This document shows positions 1-15,407 of a stretch of DNA of 35,795 nucleotides, in pieces. The translations under genes and the position numbers were made by a program. Source of the stretch: Octopus sinensis (Eukaryota). How positions within the stretch are numbered: the first letter of the stretch is position 1; the number at the start of each line of letters is the position of its first letter. The stretch lies in contig NW_021832727.1 in NCBI RefSeq assembly GCF_006345805.1, forward strand, positions 1-35,795, in the 5' to 3' direction. The notes beneath the pieces are model-generated. The model did not search any database, was not told the origin of the DNA, and saw only the letters and a program-made list of their open reading frames with translations.

Positions 1-250
1 AAATTAAAAATTTTAAATGGTGACAATATACCCATCGCACCCTATATACATATATATACACTGGCGAAAATAAATTTAAGACTGATGATAAAAGTTCTAT
101 TTCTTACAAAATATTTTGTTACTAACACCATACAAATTATTCTTATCTTTTACTCCTTATGCAGAATTTATTTCTCTTTCGAATGATGTAGACAATAACT
201 ATTTTTATACAACTTGAAGAATTCTAATGGTAAATTAATATAAACGTTTT

Positions 251-712
251 AAATTAAGTACTAGTTACGCACTGGGGTCGATATAATCGACTTAATCCGT
301 TTGTCTGTCTTTGTCCTCTCTGTGTTTAGCCCCTTGTGGGTAGTAAAGAAATAGGTATTTCGTCTGCCGCTACGTTCTGAGTTCAAATTCCGCCGAGGTC
401 AACTTTGCATTTCATCCTTTCGGAGTTGATTAAATAAGTACCAGTTACGCTCTAGGGTCGATATAATCGACTTAATTCGTTTATCTGTCCTTGTTTGTCC
501 TCTCTGTGTTTAACCCCCCGTGGGTAGTAAAGAAATAGGTATTTCGTCTGCCGCTACGTTCTGAGTTCAAATTCCACCGAGGTCTACTTTGCCTTTCATC
601 CTTTCGGGATAGATAAACTAAGTACCAGTTGCGTACTGGAGTTGATCTAATCGACTGCTCCCACCTCCCCCAAAAATGTCGAGCCTTGTGCCTAGAGTAG
701 AAAAGTAGAAAA
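251..712 (+). mobile_element. 5'-truncated SINE (family B) with an internal ~180-bp tandem unit
   Basis: Unit aagtac(t/c)agttacgc...gcctttcatcctttcgg repeats at ~251-430 and ~431-613, then a tail ending ccttgtgcctagagtagaaaa. Near-identical to the copy at 25570-25970. B-box-like gagttcaaattcc present. The central gcctttcatcc...gataaa...agtaccag resembles the Meta-SINE domain (recalled, not searched). Confidence 0.8.
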
Positions 713-904
713 AAAAAGATGTCATGACCCGAGTATCTTGGATCCAGCGGCGGCGGCGGTGGTGGCGGCAGCAGTGGGGATAGCGTTAAATTGGTCAATG
801 GATTAAATCTAACACATAAATAAGTCGACGTGAGATTTGAGCTCCGAAGTCAAAGAGTCGGGAGTTGAGGCGGCCCGTCCGATTCGCTACTCATTCTGCT
901 GGTG

Positions 905-1000
905 CATTGCCCTAGACGGATGAAAGATAAAGTTGACTTGATGGAATTTGAACTCAGAATGCAAGGCATTTTTGGCCGCTGCTATAACGACTCTGCCATT
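905..1000 (-). mobile_element. Degenerate family B SINE fragment
   Basis: ggatgaaagataaagttgac...ggaatttgaactcagaa is the reverse complement of the family B head and core. Confidence 0.6.
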
Positions 1001-1033
1001 TTGATGCATGTTGCTGCGACTATTTCTACTATT

Positions 1034-1266
1034 GTTGTTGTTGTCGTTGTTACTGTTACTGTTGCTTTTGTTGCTGCTGCTGCTGCTGCTGTTGGTGTTG
1101 TTGTTGTTGTTGTTGTTGCTGCTGCTGCTGCTACTGCTGCTGTTGTTGTTGCTATTCTTCTTCTTCTTCTTCTTCTTCTTCTTCTTCTTCTTCTTCTCTT
1201 CTTCTTCTTCTTCTTCTTCTTCTTCTTCTTCTTCTTCTTCTTCTTCTTCTTCTTCTTCTTCTTCTT
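1034..1266. repeat. Compound trinucleotide microsatellite (GTT/GCT)n then (TTC)n
   Basis: Read directly. Explains the poly-L/F/E/K ORFs. Confidence 0.95.
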
Positions 1267-3310
1267 GCAGTCGCTCTTGTAGTTTACCCAAACTAGCCTT
1301 GTTCAAACACACCTAGGATTTACAAACAAATTTCAGATTCCAGACCTTTTGGCCATTTAGAACTACATTGACTAGAATTTTCTTCCTCTTTTAAGACTGT
1401 AGGATGTGATTTGAGCAAATTTGGCTATTTCTACCAATTATACATTTGCAAAGAGACTACATTTATGGCAATTGTTTTCGTTCAATTTTCTTCTTATTTG
1501 GTTGTTGGAGATGCTTATGTTGATGTTATTGCATTGGAATCCAACCGTAACCACCTCCACATCTATATGGGATGTTGAAAACAGCATTATTTCTTTTAAG
1601 AGGTTAGAGTATTACTTGAGTGAAATTTGACTGCTCTTTCTAACAAGTTGTCTGGCCACGTACAAGTACCCTTGTTGATGTTGCTATTATCATCAGTCTC
1701 GATGCTATTGTTTAAATGTGATTATTACTTTCATTGTTGCTATTGCTGTTGTTCTTTCGACTTACGTTGTTAATATAGTTATCGATGCTCTTGCGGCTGT
1801 TATTATCGCTGTTGCTATTTTTGCCCTTATTTTTACATTCTTAATGTTGCTATTGTTGTTCCTACTTATGTTGCTAACATTATATCGATGCTCTTGTGAC
1901 TGTATCGCTGTTGCTATTTTCTTTTGCTCACTATTTTACCTTCTTTACTGTGGCTATTGTTGCTATCGCTTTTGGGTTGCTGTTCCTATTTATGTTTCTA
2001 AGATGTCGCTATCGTGCTCTTGTGGTTGTTATCACTGTTGCTATTTTCGCCTTCTTCACTGTTATTGTTGTTGTTTATGTTGCTAATGTTGCGTTGTTAT
2101 TCCCACTGTTGTTGCTATAACTGTTATTTCTGCCGCTGATGTTATTGTCATTCCTATTTATATTATTATTGTTATGCTGTGATCGACGCTTTTGTCGTTG
2201 CTGCTGCTCGGATTTTTGCCGTCCTTGTGCTGTTGTTTCTGTTTTGCTGCTGCTGTGCTGCTGTTGTTGTTGCTATTCTTCTTCTTCTTAGTCTTCTTCT
2301 TCTTCTTCTTCTCTTCTTCTTCTTTCTTCTTCTTCTTCTTCTTCTTCCTTCTTCTGCAGCGCTCTTGTAGTTAACCCCAAACTAGCCTTGTTCAAACACA
2401 CCTAGGATTTACAAAAAATTCAGATTCCAGACCTTTTGGCCATTAGAGACTACATTGACTAGAATTTTCTTCTCTTTTAAGACTGTAGGATGTGATTTGA
2501 GCAAATTTGGCTATTTCTACCAATTATACATTGCAAAGAGACTACATTTATGGCAATTGTTTTCGTTCAATTTTCTTCTTATTTGGTTGTTGGAGATGCT
2601 TATGTTGATGTATTGCATTGGAATCAAACGTAACCACCTCCACATCTATATGGGATGTTGAAAACAGCATTATTTTCTTTTAGAGGTTAGTTAGAGTATA
2701 CTGAGTGAAATTTGACTGCTCTTTCTAACAGTTGTCTGGCCACGTACAAGTACCCTGTGATGATGTTGCTATTATCATCAGTCTCGATGCTATTGTTTAA
2801 ATGTGATTATTACTTTCATTGTTGCTATTGCTGTTGTTCTTTCGACTTACGTTGTTAATATAGTTATCGATGCTCTTGCGGCTGTTATTATCGCTGTTGC
2901 TATTTTTGCCCTTATTTTTACATTCTTAATGTTGCTATTGTTGTTCCTACTTATGTTGCTAACATTATTATCGATGCTCTTGTGACTGTTATCGCTGTTG
3001 CTATTTTTCTTTTGCTCCTATTTTTACCTTCTTTACTGTTGCTATTGTTGCTATCGCTTTTGTTGCTGTTCCTATTTATGTTTCTAAGATGTCGCTATCG
3101 ATGCTCTTGTGGTTGTTATCACTGTTGCTATTTTCGCCTTCTTCACTGTTATTGTTGTTGTTTATGTTGCTAATGTTGCGTTGTTATTCCCACTGTTGTT
3201 GCTATAACTGTTATTTCTGCCGCTGATGTTATTGTCATTCCTATTTATATTATTATTGTTATGCTGTGATCGACGCTTTTGTCGTTGCTGCTGCTCGGAT
3301 TTTTGCCGTC
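1135..3310. repeat. Tandem duplication, two ~1.09-kb units
   Basis: aactagccttgttcaaacac at 1291 and 2380; gtgatcgacgcttttgtcg at 2179 and 3266. Offsets are 1089 and 1087. Confidence 0.95.
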
Positions 3311-4149
3311 ATTGCTGCTGTTGTTTCTGTTTTTGCTGCTGCTGCTGCTGCTGTTGTTGTTTACCCTATTGTTGTTGCTGCTGCTGATGCTGATGCTGCT
3401 GCTGCCGATGCTACTGATGCTGCTGATACTGCTGTGGTTGCTACAGTCAGTGTGGTTAGTATTAATTATATGATGTCATGCAATCATTGTGGAAACTTAA
3501 ATGGCCGTGTTTACTCTTTGTATAGACACACACGCACACACACACTCGTGCGCGCGCACACACACTCTTGGAAGCAGGCACATATGTGCATATACAAATA
3601 TTAGAGACACGCACATATTACAAACAAAACACAAACACACACAGACATGTACACATACATATGGATTGCACACGTGGACATAAAAACACGTCTATATAAT
3701 CTAAGACGCAGATATTAGAACTGCACACGTGCACTCATACACTCTCACTTACACATTGTAAACACACACATATTATAAACATACAAACACTTTGAGTATA
3801 TAAGCACACGCACACACATAAACATCTACACAAATTACACCTACACACATACACACATACACACAAACATACACTCGTGCACAGACATACATGAGTATGC
3901 ACAAGCACAAACAAGAAGAAAAGTAGATGAATGACTAATATTGTATGTCCATAGAAACGCTTAGAAACACACACGCACACACGCACGCTCACACACACAC
4001 ACACGCACACACACACACACACACACAAATATACGACACATCGTTTACTCGCATACACACATAAACACACACATTTACACATGTATACACACAACCCACA
4101 TCGCACTAAACACAATATACACTCACAGACACTTCTACAACACATATGG

Positions 4150-4335
4150 GACACCTCACCGCGGTCCCTCAATCTGCTGGAAATAGCAACCAAATTATTT
4201 CAGATAACAACACCAACCTCTTCTTAACAGGAAGGTCACATTACCCAGTGTGGTCCTGGAATTACAGAGACGTGTTCGTCATTGCTGGAACGGCTTTGAA
4301 CACTGGTCCGGTCAACGAACGTTGATTTAGAACGT
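4150..4335 (+). mobile_element. Interspersed repeat, probable SINE 3' part
   Basis: The ctggaaatagcaaccaaatt motif has related inverted copies (aatttggctatttcta) at ~1418-1433 and ~2504-2519, and variants near 1625-1645, 6745-6762 and 33745-33762. Confidence 0.45.
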
Positions 4336-4651
4336 TGATTTGTGCACAACGCCTGCAAACCGAGAACACTACCAACAAACGAGATGGGAAATAACCGCTA
4401 GATATTCCTCATATAACCCATGGGAAATAACAACTAACTGTACCTCATATCACAAATTGAAAGACATCACTGCCATAAGCGCGAGAACAGAGAGTATACG
4501 GGGTGCAAGCGCATCCCTTACAATTTTGGGGTTGTGTAATTAAAACGCTTTCAACATTTTCCTGAAAAACTTAATCGCCAAAATTAACGAGAGCAGAAGC
4601 ATTTTTGGATTTATTCGAAACGTTACTTTTCCATTATTGGATTTATCAAAA

Positions 4652-4741
4652 TCTTTTATCTTTTATCTCTTTCAGTCGCTTGACCGCGCCCAGACTGGGG
4701 CACCGGCTTGAAGAACTTTTAGTCGAATGAAATGAACCCAG
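4652..4741 (-). mobile_element. Family A SINE 3' tail fragment
   Basis: ttcagtcgcttgaccgcg...ggggcacc...ttttagtcgaatgaaat matches the reverse complement of the tails of the SINEs at 16935-17815. Confidence 0.7.
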
Positions 4742-5765
4742 AACATTTCGGCACTTGATGCTTTTCTTTTTCCGTAAAGGGAAAAATGCCTCACAAGCAA
4801 CCAGAGAAATATGCGCAGTTTACAGTGTTGTTTTTTTATCCGAAAGAACTGTACAGAAGTGGTTCGCAAGGTTCCGAGCTGGAGATTGTAGCTTTATTGA
4901 TAAAGAACAATCATGCAGACCATCCACTATAGATGATGACCAACTCAAGTCATTAATTGAGAATAACCCACATTGCACAACCCGAGAATTGGCAGAAAGC
5001 CTTAACCTATCAAAATCCGTCGTTCGTGAGCACCTGGTAAAGCTTGGGTACACAAATTGCTATGATGTTTGGGTACCACATGAGTTGAGTGAGAAGAACC
5101 TTTTGGATCGCATTTCAGTCTGTAATTCGCTTTATAAACGGAATGAAAACGCACCTTTTTTAAAGCAAATTGTGACAGGTTATGAGAAATGGATTATCTA
5201 CCGAATACAGAGAATACAGAGAAAACGATCTCTAAAAAAGTCTTGCTTTGTGTCTGGTGCGATTGGAAAGGAATTCTGTGCTATGAGTTTCTCCAAAATA
5301 ACCAGACAATTAATTCTGAGAAATACTGCACACAACTGGACGAGTTAAAAGCAGCAATTCAAAAGAAACGTCCAAAATTGGCCAACAGGAATGGTGTTGT
5401 TTTCCAACAAGATAATGCAAGACCACACGTTTCTTTGGGAACCAGACAAAAATTACTGCAGCTCGGCGGGGATGTGTTACCCCACCCTCCATATTCACCA
5501 GTTATTGCTCCTTCAGATTTCCACTTATTCAGGTCTCTGCAGAATAGTCTTAATGGTAAAAATTTCAATTCCTTGATACCTTGATGAATTCTTTGCCATG
5601 AAACCACCTCAGTTCTGGGAAGAGGGTATTTTCAATTTAAAGGAAAGATGGAGACGCATTGTGCAACAAAATGGTTCATATTTTGGTTGATTAAAAATGC
5701 AATGGCAATTATTGACCTTTTTCTTTCCTTAAAAAATCGGCACGAACTTTCCGGACAACCCAATA
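4741..5765 (+). mobile_element. Mariner (D,D34D) transposon, 5'-truncated, frameshifted transposase pseudogene
   Basis: ORFs 4755-5348 and 5189-5584 give an HTH region, WVPHEL, IVTGYEKW (first catalytic D changed to Y) and QDNARPH...YSPVIAPSD with 34 residues between the Ds. The C-terminus ERWRRIVQQNGSYF lies in another frame. 3' TIR-like cacgaactttccggacaacccaa followed by TA. Confidence 0.93.
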
Positions 5766-5780
5766 TATATGCATTCTTTT

Positions 5781-6145
5781 ATTCTTTTACTTGCTTCAGT
5801 CATTTGACTGCGGCCATGCTACAGCACCGTCTTGAAAGGTTTTTATTTAGCAAATCGACACCAGGGCGTTTTTAAGCCTAATACTTATTCTATCGGTCTT
5901 TTTGCCGAACCGTTAGGTTACAGGGACGAGAGCACACCAGCACCGGTTGTCAAGCAGTGATAGGGGACAAACACAGACACAAAGATACACATACGTACGC
6001 ACGCACGCACACACACACACACACACACACATACACACACACACACACATATATATTATATATATATAATTCATCTAGAAGTCCGCCGTATATATATATA
6101 TAATTCATCTAAAAGTCCGCCGTATATATATATATATATATATAT

Positions 6146-6205
<60 letters not shown>

Positions 6206-6221
6206 CATCTAGAAGTCCGCC

Positions 6222-6261
<40 letters not shown>

Positions 6262-6392
6262 GGCGGACTTATTTCAGTTTCCGTCTACCAAATCCACTGA
6301 CAAGGCTTTGGTCGGCCCCAGGATATAGAAGAAGACACTTGCCCAAGGTGTCACGCAGTGCGACTGAAATCGGAACTATGTGGCTGGGAAGC
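5781..6392 (-). mobile_element. Family A tRNA-derived SINE with expanded central microsatellite
   Basis: Reverse-complement match to the full copy at 16935-17355, including tail, (CA)/(TA) centre and the gaagacacttgcccaaggtg core. Confidence 0.85.
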
Positions 6393-7120
6393 AATAAATG
6401 AAATGATAATTATTATTGTTGTGTTTGTGTTTGTTTTGATATTCAGACTGGAAACATCAACCTAGTTTGTAAAAACAAATTGGAGTTGGGTTTACCCACC
6501 CTTCTTCAGCAAATTTCGTTCCCGCTTTTATGAACACGCTGCATAAATTAATCTTAGATGAGCTGCCTAGAAAAATGGTGGGACTGTTTCAACTGCATGG
6601 GACAGAGCTGACCTGTAGTTAAACGATTTCAAGAACGCATTGGAACACTACAGCAATAAGCCAGAACACAACAATAACAATATATCAGAACACGAAATCG
6701 ATGCATCACAGCATTCCTTCGGACTGGCTGCTGCATTTTCTACTAGAAATAACAGCCAAATCGCTGATAACTTTAAATATTTAATCGGTCGGATTTTTTC
6801 TCACTCTTGTTGGAATGGTCTGTTGCTCAACGAAAACTTCGAGGAAGTAGCAAAATTTTTTGCGATTTGTAATTTTAAAATGTTTTTGAGTTAGATGTTT
6901 TCCGCAGTCTTCGCTACTAAGTCAACCAAATTTGGAGACACACCCGAATTTAGCAAATTTCTCAAGATTGGTATATAGGCGCATATACGTTGGTGTGCGG
7001 GCGCGCATGTGTATGTATGGACTTGCGCGCTTACGCAATTTCTATGAACATTTTTACTCCCTTATCTTTACTCCTCCCTCTTATTTATATATATATATAT
7101 ATATACATACCTACGTATGT

Positions 7121-7341
7121 GTATTTGTGTCTATGTTTGTCCCCCACCACTACATGACAACCAATGTTGGTGAGTCCAATTCCCTGTAACATAGCGGTTC
7201 GGCAAAGACCCTGATAGAATAACTGCCAGGTTTAAGAAAAGAAATAAGTACTGGGGTCGATTCATTCGACTAAAAAAGTTGTTCATGGAGATGCCCCAGC
7301 ATGGCCGCTGTCAAATGAATGGAACAAGCAAGAGATAAAAG
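7121..7341 (+). mobile_element. Family A SINE, 3' half
   Basis: tgtttgtccccc...gcggttcggcaaa...ctggggtcgattcattcgactaaa...cagcatggccg matches 17155-17355. Confidence 0.8.
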
Positions 7342-7560
7342 TTACTTTATTGGTAGGAAACAGGTTTCTCTCTAACTGTATATCTTTTTAATGCTTTTAC
7401 GATTTAAAATATATATGACGTAATATCGTAAATTTCATTCCACCATAAGTAATATGCCTGTACAATATACAGGGTGACCATAAAGTCTGTATGCATAGGC
7501 GAAAATGAGAAACTCATATTCAAATTACAGCAGAAAACACTTATGAATATTTGTAAGATT

Positions 7561-7683
7561 AAGGGCGGCGAGTTGACAGAATCGTTAGCATGCCGGGTAA
7601 AATGCTTTGTGTTATCTTGTTCTTGTTTACGTTATGAGTTCAAATTCCGCCGGCTTCTACTTTTATCCCTTTCATCGGTTGTC
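7561..7683 (+). mobile_element. Family B SINE 5' fragment
   Basis: ggcggcgagttgacagaatcgttagcatgccggg...gagttcaaattccgcc matches the head at 25585-25665. Confidence 0.7.
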
Positions 7684-8173
7684 AGATGATAGTGGGAGAC
7701 ACACCAAAAGGCACACACACATATGTGTATATATATATACACACATATATATATATATCTGTCTTTGTATGACGGTTGTTATAATCCGAAGTCGTCAATA
7801 GAATGTTTCTAGCCAGCAGTGTACCACCCCCAGTCGTAACTGTGTTATTATCCTCAAAAGATAGGATCGTTATAACGTCCTCTCAACATCACAGTATAAT
7901 TACTATATCAACACAGACACGATTATCAACACAGTCTACACGTGCTCTCTCGATACTGGCCAACGTCACCTTACTTTAGTGACTGGTCATTCCACTTGTC
8001 ACGTGGAACGGATGCAGCATTATTATTAATTTCATACAACATATATAATATATATATATACTAAGCAATAAAGGGTTTAGCAACGAATTGCCTTACCACA
8101 TACCGAATTTAGAAATAGCAGTCAAAGAGTTATAGCTATATATATATATATTATATATATATATATATATATA

Positions 8174-8328
8174 TGAAAGAGGAAAGGAATGACTTCACTG
8201 GTAGTTCTAATCAATTTAACTTTCATAAAATTTAATTTTTACAAAACAAACAGTAAAATTATATTATCAAAAAGATAAATTGATTAGAACTATCAGTGAA
8301 GTCAGTTTTTTTTCTTTCCTTTTTGCAA
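8174..8328. repeat. Short inverted-repeat element next to (TA)n
   Basis: 29-bp arms at 8190-8218 and 8276-8304 with 1 mismatch, plus outer gaggaaag/ctttcctt pairing. Confidence 0.85.
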
Positions 8329-8414
8329 ATATACCTAACTGTACCAAAGATTTCACAGATATATATGGGGGATGGACATCTGTGTGTGTGCGTATATATA
8401 TATATGTGTGTGTG

Positions 8415-8640
8415 TTATGGTGCAACCTCTGGAAAGAGCACGGGCATGCGAAGCCGAAAATGGCTGCTATTTAAGCGATGTCATTTTTCATATGTGATGC
8501 AGTGGTGTTGCAAAGTTTGATTTGTGCATATTAATTTCCATTATATCCTTTATATTGTATCAAAGTTTCATACATTTATTTGTAAAGTTAAGGGAGTTAT
8601 TAAAAAGTGAAACCCATCAGTAACTTTTGGGACACCCTTT
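8415..8640 (+). mobile_element. Tc1/mariner-superfamily 3' end relic
   Basis: Translates to ...ERARACEAENGCYLSDVIFHM*, like a transposase C-terminus. Ends in TIR-like acttttgggacaccct. Confidence 0.55.
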
Positions 8641-8944
8641 ATGCATATATATATATATACAAAAATGGGACAAGAACGCAAAACATCCAGAGAAAACAAA
8701 GAAAACAAGGAAAGGTCATTCGGAGTTTTCTTTCCTCAGTCGAGTTCCAGATTATCTTTGCAATTTCGGCTGGTTATACTCGAGATTACTCCAATCTGGC
8801 CTAAATTCGTTTATAGTAACGTTAAGGGTAAGCAAATAAAGCTCCTGTTTCATTATGTCGGCTACGGTATAATGATGCTGACTAGTCAGTCAGTTTTGGG
8901 GTGGGGTGCATCATGGTTATACCGATATAATGTAGGATAAATAT

Positions 8945-8992
<48 letters not shown>

Positions 8993-9329
8993 TCTAAGAT
9001 TGAATTTATAATTATTAGCCTTCATACTAGCAAGAAAGGATAAACCTCCCTCTGAGATTCCTCCACCTATGCAGTATCGTTTATTGAAATGAATCAATGA
9101 TGATGACCAACCGGATGGTCACGGATACTGCGGACTATACTATCAGAATCCCAAGGATACGGACTCTGGTGTTAAAGTCATGTGGTTTGTGGAAACGCGC
9201 GTAGCGATGCATTAGATATTTATAAATTCCATCCTAGAATTATTGTTTTATATATACATATATACATATATATGATATACGTGTGGGTGTGTGGGTGGGT
9301 GTGTGGGTGGGTGTGCGTGTGACTGTGTA

Positions 9330-9510
9330 TGTGTATGTCTTTGTGTTGGTGTTTTTCCCACCACCACCGCTTGACAACCGGTGTTGGTGTATTTAAGTCC
9401 CCGTAGCATAGCGGTTCAGCAAAACAAACCGATAGGACAAATACTAGGTTTTAAAACAAAGAAGTACTGGGAGCCGATTCAATTCGACTAAAAATTCTTC
9501 AAGGCGGAAC
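9330..9510 (+). mobile_element. Family A SINE, 3' half
   Basis: cgcttgacaaccggtgttggtg...gcggttcagcaaaa...ttcgactaaaaattcttcaaggcgg. Confidence 0.75.
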
Positions 9511-9569
9511 ATCATCGATGCGCTAACCATTCTGCCAATTCGTCGCCTTAGTAAACGAAGAAATAATAA

Positions 9570-9772
9570 TTTCTTGCATAGGTAAAACGCCGGAAATTTC
9601 AAATTAGACAAGATTAATTGACTAAATCACCTTCAGTAATTGAGTGGTATTTTATATTAGCTACCAATGAGATATGAAAAGTTGACAGACCCGGAAGGGA
9701 TTTGAACTCATTACATAAAAAACCTGGAGCAAATACTGTCATTTTGCCCCCACGTTCTAAAGACTCTGCCAA
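9570..9772 (-). mobile_element. Degenerate family B SINE
   Basis: Collinear with 13696-13910, including atttgaactca and actctgcca. Confidence 0.5.
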
Positions 9773-10029
9773 ACCACAACTGCAGCATAGCAATACATAC
9801 TAAACTAGTGCAGAAGTCGGGGATGAAATATGAAGAAAATAAGAAAAATAATGGCAGTAATTTGAAGAACAATGAGGTGGGAGAGGAAAGGTTGAGTGAA
9901 GGAGAGAGGGGCGAATTCATAAAAGTATTTATATGAAGAAAAAAATTATGAAAGGAGACGTGGGGAGAGAGAGAAGCCAAGGAGGTGCGAATAATACAGA
10001 AAGTTGTGAACATATAGATAATGAAAGGC

Positions 10030-12915
<2,886 letters not shown>

Positions 12916-13695
12916 GTCCTCGTGTGAGTGTGTGGGGTATTTATATGCGACTAAGTGTGAGGGTAATTTCAGCTTTAATAACGACAACAATGATGACGAG
13001 ACATTGTTATCGTCTGCTCGTCAACCAATACTGCTCCACTGCCGCCATCTTGAGCAGTTATCTTTTCCAATTGGAACATAGTCAGTGTTGTACAACAAAG
13101 TGTCTACATTATGATACCGGCATCACTACATCAACCGTTAATACTACAACAACAACTACTACTACAATAACAACAACAACAAGGACCACTACTAAAATAA
13201 AGAACTATAAACAATAACAACACTGAGAACCACTACTACTACAACTACTAAACAATAACATCGACATCAATAATAAGTATAAATACTGATAAAAATTAAC
13301 AGAAAAAGCTACAACTACTACAACAACACTGATAACATTAACACAAACAACTGGTAATACTATTACGATTAATGAGATCACCGACAACAACAACTACATC
13401 CACTATTATGTATCAGGAAAACTACAATAAAGTATTATTGCCTCTCCTAATAGGACCAACAACAACAGTATCTACAACCAGGCGCTATATTGTTTGTGTT
13501 TTGCTAACTATTGGGTTTTTATGAAGATTTGACAGCTAGTTATAACAAGGCAATGACAGCGTCGGGGTATTGCAACCCTTTGCTTACATTCCAATCTGAA
13601 AGCACCAGCGCTACGCAGTCTTCAAAATTCCACATAAGAAGCAAAGCTGTAAGACTTAAAACCAAAGCATTAGTTTAAATAAAAATGATATATTA

Positions 13696-13910
13696 GTTTC
13701 GAATTTTGGCACAAGGCCAGCAAATTCGGTGAAAGGATTAAGTTAATTACAATGACCCTAGTATTCAACTGGTAGTTATTTTATCATCCCCCCGAAGAAT
13801 GAAAGGCAAATTCGACCTCAGCGGAATTTGAACTCAGAACATAAAGACTGACGAAATGCCACTAAACAGTTTACCCTGAGTGCTGACGATTCTGCCAGCT
13901 CCCTGCCCGT
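13696..13910 (-). mobile_element. Family B SINE, monomeric form
   Basis: ggcacaaggcc...actggtagttattttatc...gaatgaaaggcaaattcgacctcagcggaatttgaactcagaac...gattctgccagctc is the reverse complement of the family B layout. Confidence 0.8.
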
Positions 13911-14054
13911 AAGATATTTTTTTTTTTTCCTCTCAGCAGAGAGGTGTTTCCATAGGTCCTTGCACATCCAATTCCACCCTAATACAGTTGTGATTCTCCA
14001 GCCTTGGAGTTAAATGTGAGTTTGTCATCATGTGAATTTGCGTATCTGTCCCCT

Positions 14055-14572
14055 ACACACACATACACACATCTACATGTTCTTCCGATACACACATACA
14101 TACACGAACGCAATCTTACCTGCCTGTTCACACTCTCTTTTTCCTCTTCTCTCACTCTCTCTCCTCCCCCCCCACACACACATCCATCTGTCTGTCCTCT
14201 ACAGACACACACATACACACGTGCACATCTACTTGTCCATTCTAAACACACACTCACACACACACATACACACACACACATACACACACGCGCACACACA
14301 CATACACACTCACACACACACACACACACACGTACTCACACACACACCCCTACCTATACACACTTTTCCCTGTCCGTCCTGTAGACACAGACGTACGCAC
14401 CTCTACCTATCTACCCTCCGTACACACGCACTCGCACGCATACACATAAAAGCACACATACACTCACACTCACACACACACACATACATACACACGCATA
14501 CATTTCTGTAAGTGTCACTTTCACACACACGTCCTATCAAGACAGTTTTTACCCTATTCTTTCTGTGTGCGC

Positions 14573-14611
<39 letters not shown>

Positions 14612-14642
14612 CTCTCTCTCTCTCTCTCTCTCTCCTCTCTCC

Positions 14643-14679
<37 letters not shown>

Positions 14680-15002
14680 TGTGTATGTGCGTGTGTACTT
14701 GTGTATGTGTTTATGTGTGTAGTTTTAATGCATATGCGCACAACTGCCATTGAATGTGTGGTTCATATATTATATAATGTATATATATATATATATATAT
14801 TGTGTGTGTGTGTGTGTGTGGTGTGTGTGTGTGTGTGTGTGTGGGTGTATTACGTATGTTCGTATGTGGTGTACATGTATGTATGCACATGTACATATGT
14901 GTTTACATACATATATACATATATACAATGTGTACATATATATATATGTATATATGTATATATTTATAGTGTGTATATATATATATTATATATATATAAT
15001 CC

Positions 15003-15040
<38 letters not shown>

Positions 15041-15055
15041 CTATTATATATATAT

Positions 15056-15089
<34 letters not shown>

Positions 15090-15135
15090 TATAAATATAT
15101 ATATATGTCGTATATATAATTGAGAGAGTTGGGGA

Positions 15136-15170
<35 letters not shown>

Positions 15171-15311
15171 AACAGACACAAAAAGCACAGGCAAATTTGT
15201 CTGAATATGTTTGTTTGAGCGCGTCTGTATCGATATGTACGTATCATACATATATATAGATATATATATATATATATATATATATCTATATAGTATAATT
15301 ATATACATCAT

Positions 15312-15342
<31 letters not shown>

Positions 15343-15375
15343 TATATAATATATATATATAATGTATATATGTAC

Positions 15376-15407
<32 letters not shown>

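Noticed and set aside
887-3604. Hydrophobic or homopolymeric ORFs resembling membrane proteins
   Set aside because: Translations of GTT/GCT/TTC repeats, open in several frames and frameshifted between the duplicate copies.
7468-7500. Isolated TIR-like motif tacagggtgaccataaagt (similar orphans at ~30-80 and ~22070-22085)
   Set aside because: No clear partner TIR or TSD, so element boundaries cannot be supported.
8660-8800. Possible minus-strand hammerhead (CTGAGGA at 8733-8739)
   Set aside because: Followed by GAAT rather than GAAA, and stems I and III are not convincing. At most a decayed TA-terminated repeat.
13937-14015. Plus-strand exon-like segment with good AG and GT signals
   Set aside because: Stops in all three frames and no other support.
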